DNA of 64,000 nt from Nanobdellota archaeon (GCA_018815925.1 JAHIWS010000011.1:51753-115752), one strand, 5' to 3'. Numbered from the stretch's first letter, positions 54,530 to 62,793 are shown. The notes: generated by a model not told the origin, from the letters alone. Numbers and translations are program-made.

Positions 54530-54946
54530 ATGGTAAAATTTATTGTTGCGTCTGGACCAGTAATTATTGAAGATGGAAAATTATTGGTTGATAAGGATAA
54601 TAAAGATGATTTTTATAAGATTCCTGGTGGAACTGTTGAAGTGGGAGATAGTTTAGTTGATAGTTGTAAAAGAGAGTTTAAAGAAGAAGTTAATGGAGAG
54701 GTTGAGATTATTAGACCTCTAAACCCTATGGTTATTTATAAAAACCCTCAAACTGATGAAGAGATGACAATTGTTTTGATTCATTATCTTGGAAAATTAC
54801 TTAATAAAGAAGATTTAAAACCACTTGAATCTATTAGGGAAATACTTTGGTTAGATATTAATGAGATTAAGGAAGGCAAGCATAATGTTGCTCCAAATAT
54901 TAAATTTTTAATTGAAAAAGGAGATATCAAGACAAAAAATTGTTAG
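54530..54946 (+). CDS. NUDIX hydrolase
   Basis: Nudix box GGTVEVGDSLVDSCKREFKEEVNG. Confidence 0.8.
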   Translation: MVKFIVASGPVIIEDGKLLVDKDNKDDFYKIPGGTVEVGDSLVDSCKREFKEEVNGEVEIIRPLNPMVIYKNPQTDEEMTIVLIHYLGKLLNKEDLKPLESIREILWLDINEIKEGKHNVAPNIKFLIEKGDIKTKNC

Positions 54947-54983
54947 CAATTTTTGGCTGAATTTTTTGCAAGCAAAAAACACA

Positions 54984-55649
54984 ATGAAGATAGGAGACGT
55001 AGAGCTGAAATGGTTAGGGCATGCTGGATTTGTGATTAAGAATTCAAAAATAATTTATATTGACCCTTATTTAATTAAAGAACAAGAGGATAAAGCAGAT
55101 ATAATTCTTATTACTCATGGCCACTATGATCATTGCAGTTTTGAAGATATTAGAAAAATAGTTAAAAATGGAACTAAAATTTTTGTTACAGCTGATGCAC
55201 AGAGTAAAGTTGTTCGATTTAATGTTCCTGTTGAGATTGAGGTTGTAGAAGCTAATCAGGAAATTGATTTAGGGGATGTTAAGATTTCAACAGTTAGTTC
55301 TTATAATTTGGATAAGTCTTTCCATCCTAAAGAAGAAGGATGGATTGGTTATTTAGTTAAAATGAATAAAGTCATTATTTATCATGCAGGAGATACCGAT
55401 ATTATTCCTGAAATGCAAAAACTTACTGGTTTTAAACAATCAGGAAAAAAATTTATTGCTTTACTTCCTGTTGGGGGAAGATATACTATGAGTGCAGAAG
55501 AAGCCATAGAAGCTGTTAAAAAAATTAAACCTTCTTTAGCAATACCTATGCATTGGGGGAGTATTGTTGGAAGTGAGGAGGATGCTAAAGAATTTGTTGA
55601 AGGTTGTAAAGAAGCAGGCATAAATGCTGAAATTTTAGAGAAGGAGTAA
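54984..55649 (+). CDS. Metallo-beta-lactamase-fold hydrolase (UPF0173-like)
   Basis: ATG at 54984 (MKIGDVELKWLGHAGFVI). ITHGHYDHC motif. Confidence 0.7.
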   Translation: MKIGDVELKWLGHAGFVIKNSKIIYIDPYLIKEQEDKADIILITHGHYDHCSFEDIRKIVKNGTKIFVTADAQSKVVRFNVPVEIEVVEANQEIDLGDVKISTVSSYNLDKSFHPKEEGWIGYLVKMNKVIIYHAGDTDIIPEMQKLTGFKQSGKKFIALLPVGGRYTMSAEEAIEAVKKIKPSLAIPMHWGSIVGSEEDAKEFVEGCKEAGINAEILEKE

Positions 55650-55650
55650 A

Positions 55651-56154
55651 ATGAAAATTGGAATAATTGGACCTAGTAATATAGAATTTTTAATTGAGAT
55701 AAATCCTTATGCTGATGATATAATTAATAAATTATCTAAGGTTATTGTGGATTTTGGATATGAAATTGTTGTAACCCCTGATAAAGGTTCTGTTTCTGAA
55801 TTATTTGTTCAAAATTATTTAGATAAAGGAGGCAAAAAAGTATTTGAGATTGTTCCTTTAGACGATAAAGAATTTGGTTATGATTGGCTTAATGTTTCTC
55901 TAGGAGAAAATATTAATTGTGGAACTTGGAGAAACCAACCAGAAAAATTAAATGAAGAGTGTGATGTTTTGTTATGTGTAGGTTATTCTGTAGGAGTATT
56001 TGCAGAGATAGCATATGCTAAGTGGTTTAAGCCAAAAAAAGTTTATATTATTAAAGACTTAGTTAGTGGGGAATTACCTAGGGAAATTAATAAGAGGTTG
56101 GATATTGAATCTATTTCTTTTGGAGAATTTTCATCTAAGATTCAAAATGTCTAA
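55651..56154 (+). CDS. LOG/SLOG-like Rossmann-fold protein (TIGR00725-like)
   Basis: MKIGIIGPS..., ...VVTPDKGSVSE..., CDVLLCVGYSVGVFAEIAYA. The layout matches the family, but the GG.G motif is degenerate. Confidence 0.35.
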   Translation: MKIGIIGPSNIEFLIEINPYADDIINKLSKVIVDFGYEIVVTPDKGSVSELFVQNYLDKGGKKVFEIVPLDDKEFGYDWLNVSLGENINCGTWRNQPEKLNEECDVLLCVGYSVGVFAEIAYAKWFKPKKVYIIKDLVSGELPREINKRLDIESISFGEFSSKIQNV

Positions 56155-56704
56155 AGAAATTTTCCAAAAACAAAAAGAATTTGTTCTTTTTAAAGTTGAT
56201 AAGTCATCTAAGGGTCATTATGATAAGAAAATAATTACATTATGTGAGAAAATTAATAAAAAAGATAATTATTATACAACATCTTCTTGTAGTGGAAGGG
56301 TTGTTATTATTAAGGATAAAAAGAAGAAGGAGAAAGGTGTGTTTGTTTTTGTTAGTCATGATTTGGTTGGAGTTAAAGAGTTGAAAAAAGTTTTAGAAGA
56401 TAAGGATGAGAATTTGAAATTCAAACAGGAGCCTTGTATTCTTCATGTTGCTTGTAGAGACTTAGAAAATGCTTTAGAATTATTGAAGAAAGCTCAGTTA
56501 GCTGGATGGAAACGAAGTGGTGTTATTTCTAGTAAAGGAAAATTTGTTTGTGAGTTATTAAGCACAGAGAAATTAGAATTACCTTTTGCTCAAAAAGGGA
56601 AATTACTTTTTGATAGTACTTATTTAGAGATTTTAATTAAAAAAGCTAATGAAAATTTGAAAAAGACCTGGTTGAAGATTGAGATGTTGGGGAAGTTAAT
56701 TTAA
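56147..56704 (+). CDS. taw3: tRNA wybutosine-synthesizing protein 3 homolog (Taw3/TYW3)
   Basis: ATG at 56147, overlapping the upstream stop by 8 nt. DKSSKGHYDKKIITLCEKIN....YYTTSSCSGRVVII. Confidence 0.7.
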   Translation: MSKEIFQKQKEFVLFKVDKSSKGHYDKKIITLCEKINKKDNYYTTSSCSGRVVIIKDKKKKEKGVFVFVSHDLVGVKELKKVLEDKDENLKFKQEPCILHVACRDLENALELLKKAQLAGWKRSGVISSKGKFVCELLSTEKLELPFAQKGKLLFDSTYLEILIKKANENLKKTWLKIEMLGKLI

Positions 56705-56729
56705 TAAACAATATTTTCTTTTTTTTATT

Positions 56730-57197
56730 ATGTATCCTCAAACTCATTTTTTATTTTCATGGCTTGTTGGTTTGATATTTGTTAAATTAGGGTTTTTTAA
56801 TTATAAAATAGCTTTGTTTGTAGGTTTGATTGGGTTGTTTGTTGATATTGATCATTATATTAAATTTGTTTTTAGTAAGGGAGATTTTAATCTAAAAGAT
56901 GCTTTTAATAGAATGGCTAGAGGAGTTTTTAGTGGAAGAAGCTTTATACACCACTGGATAGGTTTTGTGATAATAACTTTGATTGTTGTTTTCTTGTACC
57001 TTTTTAATAAGAATTTATTTTGGATCTTGAGTCTGGGATATTATAGCCATATATTTTTAGATTATGCACACTTGAATGTCTTGAAAATCAAAGGTAAGCT
57101 AATTATCAAGGAGTTTGGTTTTGTAGAGAAAGTAGATAAATTTGAGATTTTATTTGATATTTTTCTAGTTATAGGTGTTGTTTTGTTTATTTTATAA
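56730..57197 (+). CDS. Membrane-bound metal-dependent hydrolase (DUF457/YdjM-like)
   Basis: HFLFSW, DIDHY, HHW and SHIFLDYAH motifs within TM helices. Confidence 0.55.
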   Translation: MYPQTHFLFSWLVGLIFVKLGFFNYKIALFVGLIGLFVDIDHYIKFVFSKGDFNLKDAFNRMARGVFSGRSFIHHWIGFVIITLIVVFLYLFNKNLFWILSLGYYSHIFLDYAHLNVLKIKGKLIIKEFGFVEKVDKFEILFDIFLVIGVVLFIL

Positions 57198-57458
57198 TTT
57201 TCAAAAATCACCAAAATTTATTTAAATAGAATACTCTCATATTTGTTTTATAATATTAATTATTTGCGGTAGTTAATATTATTTTGTATGTAATAAGAGG
57301 TGATTTCCTCTTTTGTTTCTAACAATAATAGTTGGAAGTGGGTGGAGTATTTAAATATTTCGCCATGTCAATAAGTGATAAAGACTTCTAACTGACAGAC
57401 AATCTTTGATTGTTGTGTCGCATGCGATACAAATGTAAGGAGGTAGAATATAAAAAAA
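57198..57458 (+). promoter_or_regulatory. 261-nt ftsZ upstream region containing several palindromes and hairpins
   Basis: Inverted repeat ATAATATTAA(57250-59)/TTAATATTAT(57273-82); GAGG-6 nt-CCTC (57297-57310); CAATC-TTT-GATTG (57400-12); palindrome TCGCATGCGA (57418-27); SD GGAGG (57439-43). Confidence 0.4.
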
Positions 57459-58538
57459 ATGGTGTTAGATTTTGCAAAAGAGGCAATAGAAAATAGCGAT
57501 ACCCATAGTATTAATTTTGATGAACTAAGAGCTGGAAAAGCTAATATAAAAGTTCTTGGTATTGGTGGATGTGGATGTAATATGGTTACTTGGCTTTTTA
57601 ATAAAGGAATTAATGGAGCTACAGTTTATGCTACTAATACTGATGCATTGCATCTTTCTGTGACTAAAGCAGATGAAAAAGTCCTTATTGGTAAGGAACT
57701 TACTAGAGGATTAGGTGCAGGAGGAAGACCTCAAACAGGAAGAGAAGCAGCAAAAGAAGCTTTAGTTGATCTTAAAAAAGCTGTTAGTGGTGCTGATATG
57801 GTTTTTGTTTTAGCCGGTATGGGTGGAGGAACCGGAACAGGAGGAGCTCCTGTAGTTGCTCAAATTGCTAAAGAATCTGGTGCAGTGGTTATTGGTGTGG
57901 TAACAATGCCCTTTGAAGCAGAAAGAGCGAGAATTGACAAAGCTGAATTTGGATTACAAGAATTAAGAGAAGTAACTGATACTTGTATTGTTTTGGATAA
58001 TAATAGGCTTGTTGATATTGCTGGACAACTTCCTATTGAACAGGCTTTTGCTGTTGCAAATGAGTTAGTAAGTACAATGGTAAAAGGGATTGTTGAAACA
58101 ATTACTCTTCCAAGTTTGATTAATTTGGATTATGCAGATGTTTCAGCAATAATGAAAAATGGGGGAGTTGCTGTTATAGGTATTGGAGAAGCAGATACAC
58201 AAGATCGTGTTTTAGAAGCTGTTAAGCAAGCCCTTACTCATCCTCTACTTGATGTGGATTATCAAGGTGCTACTGGAGCTTTAATACATATAACTTGTGG
58301 ACCTGATTTAAAATTAGAGGAATTTGATGTAATTGGTAGATCTGTGTCAGAGAATCTTAGTCCAGATGCACAAGTTATAATTGGGGCTAGAATTAGCAAA
58401 GAGTTTGTTGGAAAAGTAAGAGTCATTACTATTATGACTGGAGTTAGGAGTCCTTATGTGTTGGGAAGAGATCTTGAAGAACAGGCTCTTCCAGCTTCTA
58501 GAGAAATTTCTGATTTGGGAATAGAGGTTTGGAGATAA
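57459..58538 (+). CDS. ftsZ: Cell division GTPase FtsZ
   Basis: GIGGCGCNMV, tubulin signature GMGGGTGTGGAPVVA, and NLDYADV (T7 loop). Confidence 0.9.
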   Translation: MVLDFAKEAIENSDTHSINFDELRAGKANIKVLGIGGCGCNMVTWLFNKGINGATVYATNTDALHLSVTKADEKVLIGKELTRGLGAGGRPQTGREAAKEALVDLKKAVSGADMVFVLAGMGGGTGTGGAPVVAQIAKESGAVVIGVVTMPFEAERARIDKAEFGLQELREVTDTCIVLDNNRLVDIAGQLPIEQAFAVANELVSTMVKGIVETITLPSLINLDYADVSAIMKNGGVAVIGIGEADTQDRVLEAVKQALTHPLLDVDYQGATGALIHITCGPDLKLEEFDVIGRSVSENLSPDAQVIIGARISKEFVGKVRVITIMTGVRSPYVLGRDLEEQALPASREISDLGIEVWR

Positions 58539-58622
58539 ATTTTTTATGTTTGCCCCAGAATTATTTTCTGGGGTTTTTATTTTTTTAAAAAGACTTATAA
58601 ATTATATTTTCTTTAAATTTTT

Positions 58623-59057
58623 ATGAAATATAAGTTGAAGAGGTTTGGCGTTTTAAAAGCAGCTTTGTTTTTGGCTTTGTGGGGTTTTTTTATAGGTTTG
58701 TTTATGACTCTAGTTACAGGAATTATTTATTCTGTTATGTTCTCTTCTGTTTCTCTTTCTGGTCCTCCTGCAGATACTCAACCTTCTTTTATTACTGGTG
58801 ATTCTATAGTAGATATTGTTTTCCCAAACTATTTTAGTTGGTCAAATTTATTATGGTTTCCTTTTGTTTATGCAATTTTATTTTTTGCGTTAGGGTTTAT
58901 TTTTACTCTGATAATAAATTTAATTTTAAAAATAATTAAAGGATTTGATCTTGAGTTAGAAGAAACAGGACAAGTTTTTCAACAACAAAACATACAAAAA
59001 CCACAAATTTCACAAGTTAAAAAAATAACTATTCCTACTCTTCCAAATAGATCTTGA
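58623..59057 (+). CDS. Hypothetical 3-TM membrane protein (144 aa)
   Basis: Hydrophobic spans; no recognisable family. Confidence 0.45.
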   Translation: MKYKLKRFGVLKAALFLALWGFFIGLFMTLVTGIIYSVMFSSVSLSGPPADTQPSFITGDSIVDIVFPNYFSWSNLLWFPFVYAILFFALGFIFTLIINLILKIIKGFDLELEETGQVFQQQNIQKPQISQVKKITIPTLPNRS

Positions 59058-59061
59058 TGAT

Positions 59062-59616
59062 TTAAACTTCTAATGTTTTAGGAGGTTTCATCTTTTTTTG
59101 ATTATATTTGTCAAAATAAAGAATATTGTCTAAGTCTATTTTTCTTTTTGGTTTTAATTTTTCAGCACTATAACCAACTGGAAATATGGCTTCAATATTT
59201 ATTTCTGGAGGTATTTTAAGGGCTTCTTTTACCAAGTAATCAACAAAATATCCTATCCAACATGTTGCAAGGCCTTTTTCCTCAATTTTTAATAAAAAGT
59301 TTTGTACTGCTGCCCCTGCTTGTTGTTTTAAATATGATTTTCCTCTTTCACCATAGAGATTAAGAGTTCTTGTAGTATTTGAGCACACTGCTACAACATA
59401 AGAAGTTTGGGCAATAAATTGCTGTTGGGCAGCGTCTGCAAGTTTTTGAATTGTTTCTTTGTCTTTAATCAGAATGAACTTTACAGAATAATTGTTTCCT
59501 GCCATGGGAGCAAATCTAGCAGAGTTAATACATTCTATAATGTCTTTCCAATCAGGTGCTTTTTGTTTGAATTTTCTGGTGCTATGCCTTTTTTGAATTG
59601 CTTTATCTAATTCCAT
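59062..59616 (-). CDS. Nitroreductase-family protein
   Basis: The track start at 59706 would overlap the tRNA-Asn. The ATG at 59616 gives MELDKAIQKRHSTRKFK...FAPMAGNNYS, the typical family N-terminus. Confidence 0.75.
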   Translation of the reverse strand: MELDKAIQKRHSTRKFKQKAPDWKDIIECINSARFAPMAGNNYSVKFILIKDKETIQKLADAAQQQFIAQTSYVVAVCSNTTRTLNLYGERGKSYLKQQAGAAVQNFLLKIEEKGLATCWIGYFVDYLVKEALKIPPEINIEAIFPVGYSAEKLKPKRKIDLDNILYFDKYNQKKMKPPKTLEV

Positions 59617-59656
59617 AGAAAAACAAAGTAGAAAGGTTATAAAAATGTTTTTGAAA

Positions 59657-59785
59657 CGTCCCGAGCTGGATTTGAACCAGCGACCTATCGGTTCCTGCAG
59701 AATCAAAAGATTCTATAGTAAGTTTGTAAACCAAAGTTCTTAATCTTAACAGCCGATCGCTCTAACCGGACTGAGCTATCGGGAC
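59657..59785 (-). tRNA. tRNA-Asn (anticodon GTT) with a 54-nt intron (59693-59746) at position 37/38
   Basis: Hand fold. Acceptor GTCCCGA/TCGGGAC plus G, D arm GCTC-AGTCCGGTTA-GAGC, anticodon stem ATCGG/CCGAT, loop CTGTTA|intron|A, variable AGGTC, T arm GCTGG-TTCAAAT-CCAGC. TATA TTTAAATA (59809-59816) lies 24 nt upstream. Confidence 0.85.
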
Positions 59786-59821
59786 ATAATTTTTTTAGTA
59801 GAAATTGTTATTTAAAGCTTG

Positions 59822-59924
59822 TTATTCCTTCAACCCTGTGCAATCCATAGACATATGTCAGTAGCTTCTACACTGTGCAATCCATAGACATATGTCAGTA
59901 GCTTCTACATTATTCCTTCAACCC
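59822..59924. repeat. A-B-B-A repeat: 15-nt direct repeat ttattccttcaaccc (59822-36 and 59910-24) flanking two tandem 36/37-nt units (59837-59909)
   Basis: Unit: tgtgcaatccatagacatatgtcagtagcttctaca(c). Each unit contains the 10-bp palindrome GACATATGTC (59850-59 and 59887-96). The right-hand 15-mer is the true 3' end (GLKE*) of the KH-domain gene. Confidence 0.9.
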
Positions 59925-60410
59925 CAAATCAATAATAGGTTTGGGTTGATGTTTTTCTAAGCGGGAATAAATATTAGATTGTTTTGTTCCTTGTATTAAA
60001 GAGATAATTGCTTCTTGAGCATTTTTTATATATTCAGGATTTCCTATTATTCCCACTTCATTATCTTTTAACTCGAAATAGCATCTTGTGAGATTACAGA
60101 GGGTTTTCAGAGTTTTCCCTTTTGTTCCTATTATTCTTGCTCTTATTCTTTTAAGATCATGTCTTTTTGTGTGATTTTTTATATTAATAATTTCAAATAT
60201 AAGATCCTCTTTTTTAATTAGGATTGCAGTTATAAAAGGAAAACCAAGGTTCAAGGCATCAATTACTTTTTCTGCAATGTATTCATCTTCAGGATTTCCA
60301 GAAATATGAACTTCTTTTCCCCTATTAGTTATTTTTATTTTTAGTTCTTCTTCTAATCTTTTTTTATTTTTTAGAATTCTTGGAAGTTTTTTTGATAAGA
60401 TTGTTTTCAT
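59910..60410 (-). CDS. KH-domain RNA-binding protein (archaeal Dim2/Pno1-like)
   Basis: RIRARIIGTKGKTLKTLCNLTRCYFEL (GXXG loop); two KH-like halves. aIF-1A is nearby, as in many archaea. Confidence 0.65.
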   Translation of the reverse strand: MKTILSKKLPRILKNKKRLEEELKIKITNRGKEVHISGNPEDEYIAEKVIDALNLGFPFITAILIKKEDLIFEIINIKNHTKRHDLKRIRARIIGTKGKTLKTLCNLTRCYFELKDNEVGIIGNPEYIKNAQEAIISLIQGTKQSNIYSRLEKHQPKPIIDLGLKE

Positions 60411-60670
60411 TTTCTTATTTTTTTATATATAAGAATTAAAATTAACGAAATAATATATGTAATTATAAAGAATATTAAAAAGATTAATATAATTTTACCA
60501 TTATTTTGGGTTTTTATTATTTCAATAATTATTGAGTATAGAGAATACCACATCTTAAAACAGGGTGGGCTAAATGGACAGATTGTTTGTTTATAAAAAG
60601 GAATAAATAATAAAATTATAGTTATTATAATTTTTGCAATTGTTGGTTTGATGAATTCTTTAATTTTCAT
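60407..60670 (-). CDS. Small membrane protein (87 aa)
   Basis: Three hydrophobic spans; 4-nt overlap with the downstream gene. Confidence 0.45.
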   Translation of the reverse strand: MKIKEFIKPTIAKIIITIILLFIPFYKQTICPFSPPCFKMWYSLYSIIIEIIKTQNNGKIILIFLIFFIITYIISLILILIYKKIRK

Positions 60671-60671
60671 T

Positions 60672-61013
60672 TCAAAAATCGGTTTTTTCTGTTTTTAGGT
60701 AACCTTTGTTTTTAAGCCATTCAATTTGATTTGGACGGTATTTAAATAGAACATCTCCTTTGTTATTATCAAGTTCCCAAGGTTGGATTATGACTATATC
60801 ATTTGGTCTTAACCATAATTTTCTTTTTAATCTTCCAGGAACTCTGCAATTTCTATTTTTTTTATCTAGGCAATTCACACTCATTTTATTCCCCCCATAT
60901 CTTTGTTCAATAATTCCTATTACTTCTTTTCCTCTTGGAAGTCTTACTCTTATTGGCTTGTTTTCTTGTTCTTGAGGTTTTTCCGCATTTATGTCTTTAA
61001 ATTCTTCTGCCAT
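60672..61013 (-). CDS. eif1a: Translation initiation factor aIF-1A
   Basis: IRVRLPRGKEVIGIIEQRYGGNKMSVNCLDKKNRNCRVPGRLKRKLWLRPNDIVIIQPWE. Confidence 0.9.
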   Translation of the reverse strand: MAEEFKDINAEKPQEQENKPIRVRLPRGKEVIGIIEQRYGGNKMSVNCLDKKNRNCRVPGRLKRKLWLRPNDIVIIQPWELDNNKGDVLFKYRPNQIEWLKNKGYLKTEKTDF

Positions 61014-61047
61014 ATTTATTGTAGAAATAGAGTGTTTATAAAATTAT

Positions 61048-61344
61048 TCACACTAAAATTAATGTAAAGGGTATTCCTGCGATTTTTCCTATTGAATTTT
61101 CTGTTATTATTCCTGCTTGAAGAGCTGTTTGAATTGATTTTTCTCCAACTATATTAAAAGTAGCATCTTCTGCATTAAATTCTTTCATAATTTTTATGGC
61201 TTCTTCTTGTGTTTGTTTATTTCCACCATAAAAATTTTCTTTTAAATCAAGCTGAAATTTTCCTTCTTCAAATTTTTGACCCAATAATTCAACATCACAA
61301 ATAGCAATGACATCTCTATAGGTTTTGTGGATTTTTATATACAT
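61048..61344 (-). CDS. DUF424-family protein
   Basis: MYIKIHKTYRDVIAICDVELLGQKFEEGKFQLDL..FYGG; 98 aa. Confidence 0.6.
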   Translation of the reverse strand: MYIKIHKTYRDVIAICDVELLGQKFEEGKFQLDLKENFYGGNKQTQEEAIKIMKEFNAEDATFNIVGEKSIQTALQAGIITENSIGKIAGIPFTLILV

Positions 61345-61434
61345 AAAAATTAAAGATATGCTTTGTTTATAAAAATTTGCCTGCTAATAAGTATAATTTA
61401 ATAACTATAAAATTAATAAAAAATAAAAATTTAA

Positions 61435-61629
61435 TTAGAAGTTTTTCTTTGCTTCGCCAGCTTTTATTGCTTTTTCTGCATTATCTTTTGACATCATAGC
61501 ACACATCTTTGTTCCGCATGATTTACATGCTCCTTTTGCCATGTATCCACCCCTTGCAGTTTGGCCTATTGTTGCGTCTTTCATTTCTTGTCCTTTTTTC
61601 TTACACTTTACACAATATCCTTTCACCAT
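61435..61629 (-). CDS. Small zinc-ribbon protein (DUF5679-like)
   Basis: GYCVKCKKK...GACKSCGTKM; 64 aa. Confidence 0.5.
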   Translation of the reverse strand: MVKGYCVKCKKKGQEMKDATIGQTARGGYMAKGACKSCGTKMCAMMSKDNAEKAIKAGEAKKNF

Positions 61630-61705
61630 TTTTTTGTCTCCTTATTTAATTAGATAAATCCTTAAGGATTTTTTGTTTTATAAAGATATCTGAGAAGTAC
61701 CCAGA

Positions 61706-61747
61706 CTAAATTTTTGATCTTATTGGATGCTTTGCCCCACAAGCTAA
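61706..61747 (-). pseudogene. Relic duplicate of the last 13 codons plus stop of the aIF-2beta gene
   Basis: On the - strand: tta gct tgt ggg gca aag cat cca ata aga tca aaa att tag = LACGAKHPIRSKI*. The gene ends LACGAKHSVRSKI*. The 20-nt core tgctttgccccacaagctaa is identical at 61728-47 and 61812-31. An in-frame TAA lies just upstream of the relic. Confidence 0.8.
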
Positions 61748-61789
61748 GCTGAAATTTTAAGGAACTAAATTCCGCAAAAACTCGTGTTG

Positions 61790-62197
61790 CTATATCTTGC
61801 TTCTTACTGAGTGCTTTGCCCCACAAGCTAAACAATGAATAAACAATAATCTATCTTGTTTTTTTAGTTCTGTGTCGGGTTTTCCACACTCTTTACACAA
61901 AACAAATTCTTTAACATAAGCAATTATTTTTTCATTTATTTTTGAACTAGGAATTTTATTATTTAGAACTAATCTATCTCCTTCAACATGACCAGATGTA
62001 GCTAGTTCTCTATTTAGGAATTTTTGAAGGTGTTCTGGTTTTCTTCTTATATGAGATACTATTTGAAAAAAATTAGTGAGAATTGTTTTTTTACCTTCAA
62101 AATGACCCTTTATCTGGGGAATTTCAAATCTACTATTAGAAGAATCAATTTGTTTTACTTTTTCATATGCTGAATCTAAGAGGGTTTCGTATGTCAC
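61790..62197 (-). CDS. eif2b: Translation initiation factor aIF-2 beta subunit
   Basis: C-terminal Zn ribbon CKECGKPDT....CLACGA; 135 aa. Confidence 0.85.
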   Translation of the reverse strand: MTYETLLDSAYEKVKQIDSSNSRFEIPQIKGHFEGKKTILTNFFQIVSHIRRKPEHLQKFLNRELATSGHVEGDRLVLNNKIPSSKINEKIIAYVKEFVLCKECGKPDTELKKQDRLLFIHCLACGAKHSVRSKI

Positions 62198-62247
62198 GAA
62201 AAAGAAAATTTGAAAGGGTTTATAAATGTTTTATCTTTAGTATATTT

Positions 62248-62793
62248 ATGAACTTAAAAGATATTGTTTTAGCCATCGCAATAATTATTTTAACAATATT
62301 TGTGACTTTTTATGGAATAAACACTATTTTCCCTAAATTCCAATATGAGGATTTTTGTGAGGAGTTTAAGACTGCTGAAATAATTGATACACAAGTTAGG
62401 TGTGAAGAATTAGGTGGAAAATGGGGTTCTTATGAAGTCCCTAGGCCTGTTATTGAAGGTGAGATGGCATTGACTGGTTATTGTGACAGAGATTATACTT
62501 GCAGACAAGATTTAGAAGAAGCAAATGAAATAAGATCAAAGTATGTGTTTTTTATTGCTTTGCCTCTTGGAATTATAATAATTTTATTAGGGATGTTTGC
62601 TTTTGGTCTTGAGGCTATTGGAGTTGGAATTATGGGGGGAGGAGTTGGAACACTTGTATATGGTTCTGGAGCATTTTGGCCTTATACAAAAAACTGGGCT
62701 AGATTTTTGATTTCTTTAGTTGGTTTAGTAGTTTTGATATGCTTGGTATATTATTTTAATAAGAGAGGATTTGGGAAGAAGAGGAAGAAGTAA
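62248..62793 (+). CDS. Hypothetical membrane protein with a Cys-containing extracytoplasmic loop
   Basis: ATG at 62248 (MNLKDIVLAIAIIILTIFVTFYG). Three further TM spans and a KKRKK tail. Confidence 0.5.
   Translation: MNLKDIVLAIAIIILTIFVTFYGINTIFPKFQYEDFCEEFKTAEIIDTQVRCEELGGKWGSYEVPRPVIEGEMALTGYCDRDYTCRQDLEEANEIRSKYVFFIALPLGIIIILLGMFAFGLEAIGVGIMGGGVGTLVYGSGAFWPYTKNWARFLISLVGLVVLICLVYYFNKRGFGKKRKK

Noticed and set aside
57370-57430. C/D-box sRNA in the ftsZ leader (GTGATAA ... CTGA); a similar idea near 27122 (CTGATGA)
   Set aside because: The box C is imperfect, the C-to-D' spacing is 10 nt rather than 12, and there is no convincing C'/D pair. At 27122 there is no D box downstream on either strand.
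59617-59706. N-terminal 30 codons of track ORF 59062..59706
   Set aside because: They overlap the tRNA-Asn 3' half, and homology to nitroreductases begins at the ATG at 59616. Similar over-extensions from TTG/GTG or upstream ATG starts were trimmed at 10406, 16538, 34764, 34782, 35693, 38902, 49387, 54912, 56066 and 62167.
59837-59909. CRISPR array
   Set aside because: There are only two directly abutting 36/37-nt units, with no spacers and no cas genes in the window.
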